Below are positions 63,776-64,000 of a stretch of DNA of 64,000 nucleotides, piece by piece. The translations under genes were made by a program, and so were the position numbers. How positions within the stretch are numbered: the first letter of the stretch is position 1; each line of letters starts with the position of its first letter. The notes beneath the pieces are model-generated. The model did no database searches. It saw only the letters and a list, made by a program, of their open reading frames with translations, and had not been told where the DNA came from. The stretch lies in NCBI RefSeq assembly GCF_963921235.1, contig NC_086097.1, positions 233,556,001-233,620,000 of the forward strand, in the 5' to 3' direction. The stretch is from Mobula hypostoma. Taxonomy: Eukaryota.

Positions 63776-64000
63776 GTAGACTTATCTGTAGAAGCCCTAC
63801 ACTCCATTCCCTCCTCCAAATTGTTAATGTATATTGTGAACATTAGTGACTCCTGTGGCTCTCCACTCAGCACTGACCACCAACCACAGAAATAACCGAT
63901 TATCCCAACTCTCTGCCTTCTATTGGTTAGCTAACCCTCTACTCATGCTAATGCATTGCCCCTAACTCCATGCATCCTTTTCTTATGTATATGTCTTTTA

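Overview
Repeat-dominated vertebrate DNA, most likely from a cartilaginous fish (ray/skate-like). This is inferred from the mix of HER1-like CR1 LINEs, HE1-like V-SINEs, Rex1/Babar and abundant Penelope copies. No host gene could be confidently identified. The only long intact ORF is a T-rich L1 ORF2 (686-4462). The rest is a nested set of mostly decayed CR1, Rex1/Babar, Penelope, RTE, Nimb, HERO, SINE, Tc1/hAT MITE and Gypsy copies. Main leads: (1) the 3' UTR of a HERO-clade retrotransposon holds all three hammerhead-ribozyme core strands with matching helices, but in a strand order (NUH>GAAA>CUGAUGA) that is pseudoknotted and not type I, II or III; (2) the same HERO copy is flanked by a ~206-bp direct duplication that looks like a very long TSD; (3) a 414-bp perfect-identity tract between two inverted CR1 copies suggests gene conversion; (4) a Tc1-type element whose ends are each ~65-bp mini-MITE hairpins; (5) many Penelope minimal hammerheads and inverted Penelope insertions; (6) a fossil Gypsy pol that can be reassembled from pieces across ~11 kb. 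Coordinates of decayed repeats were read by eye and are approximate.
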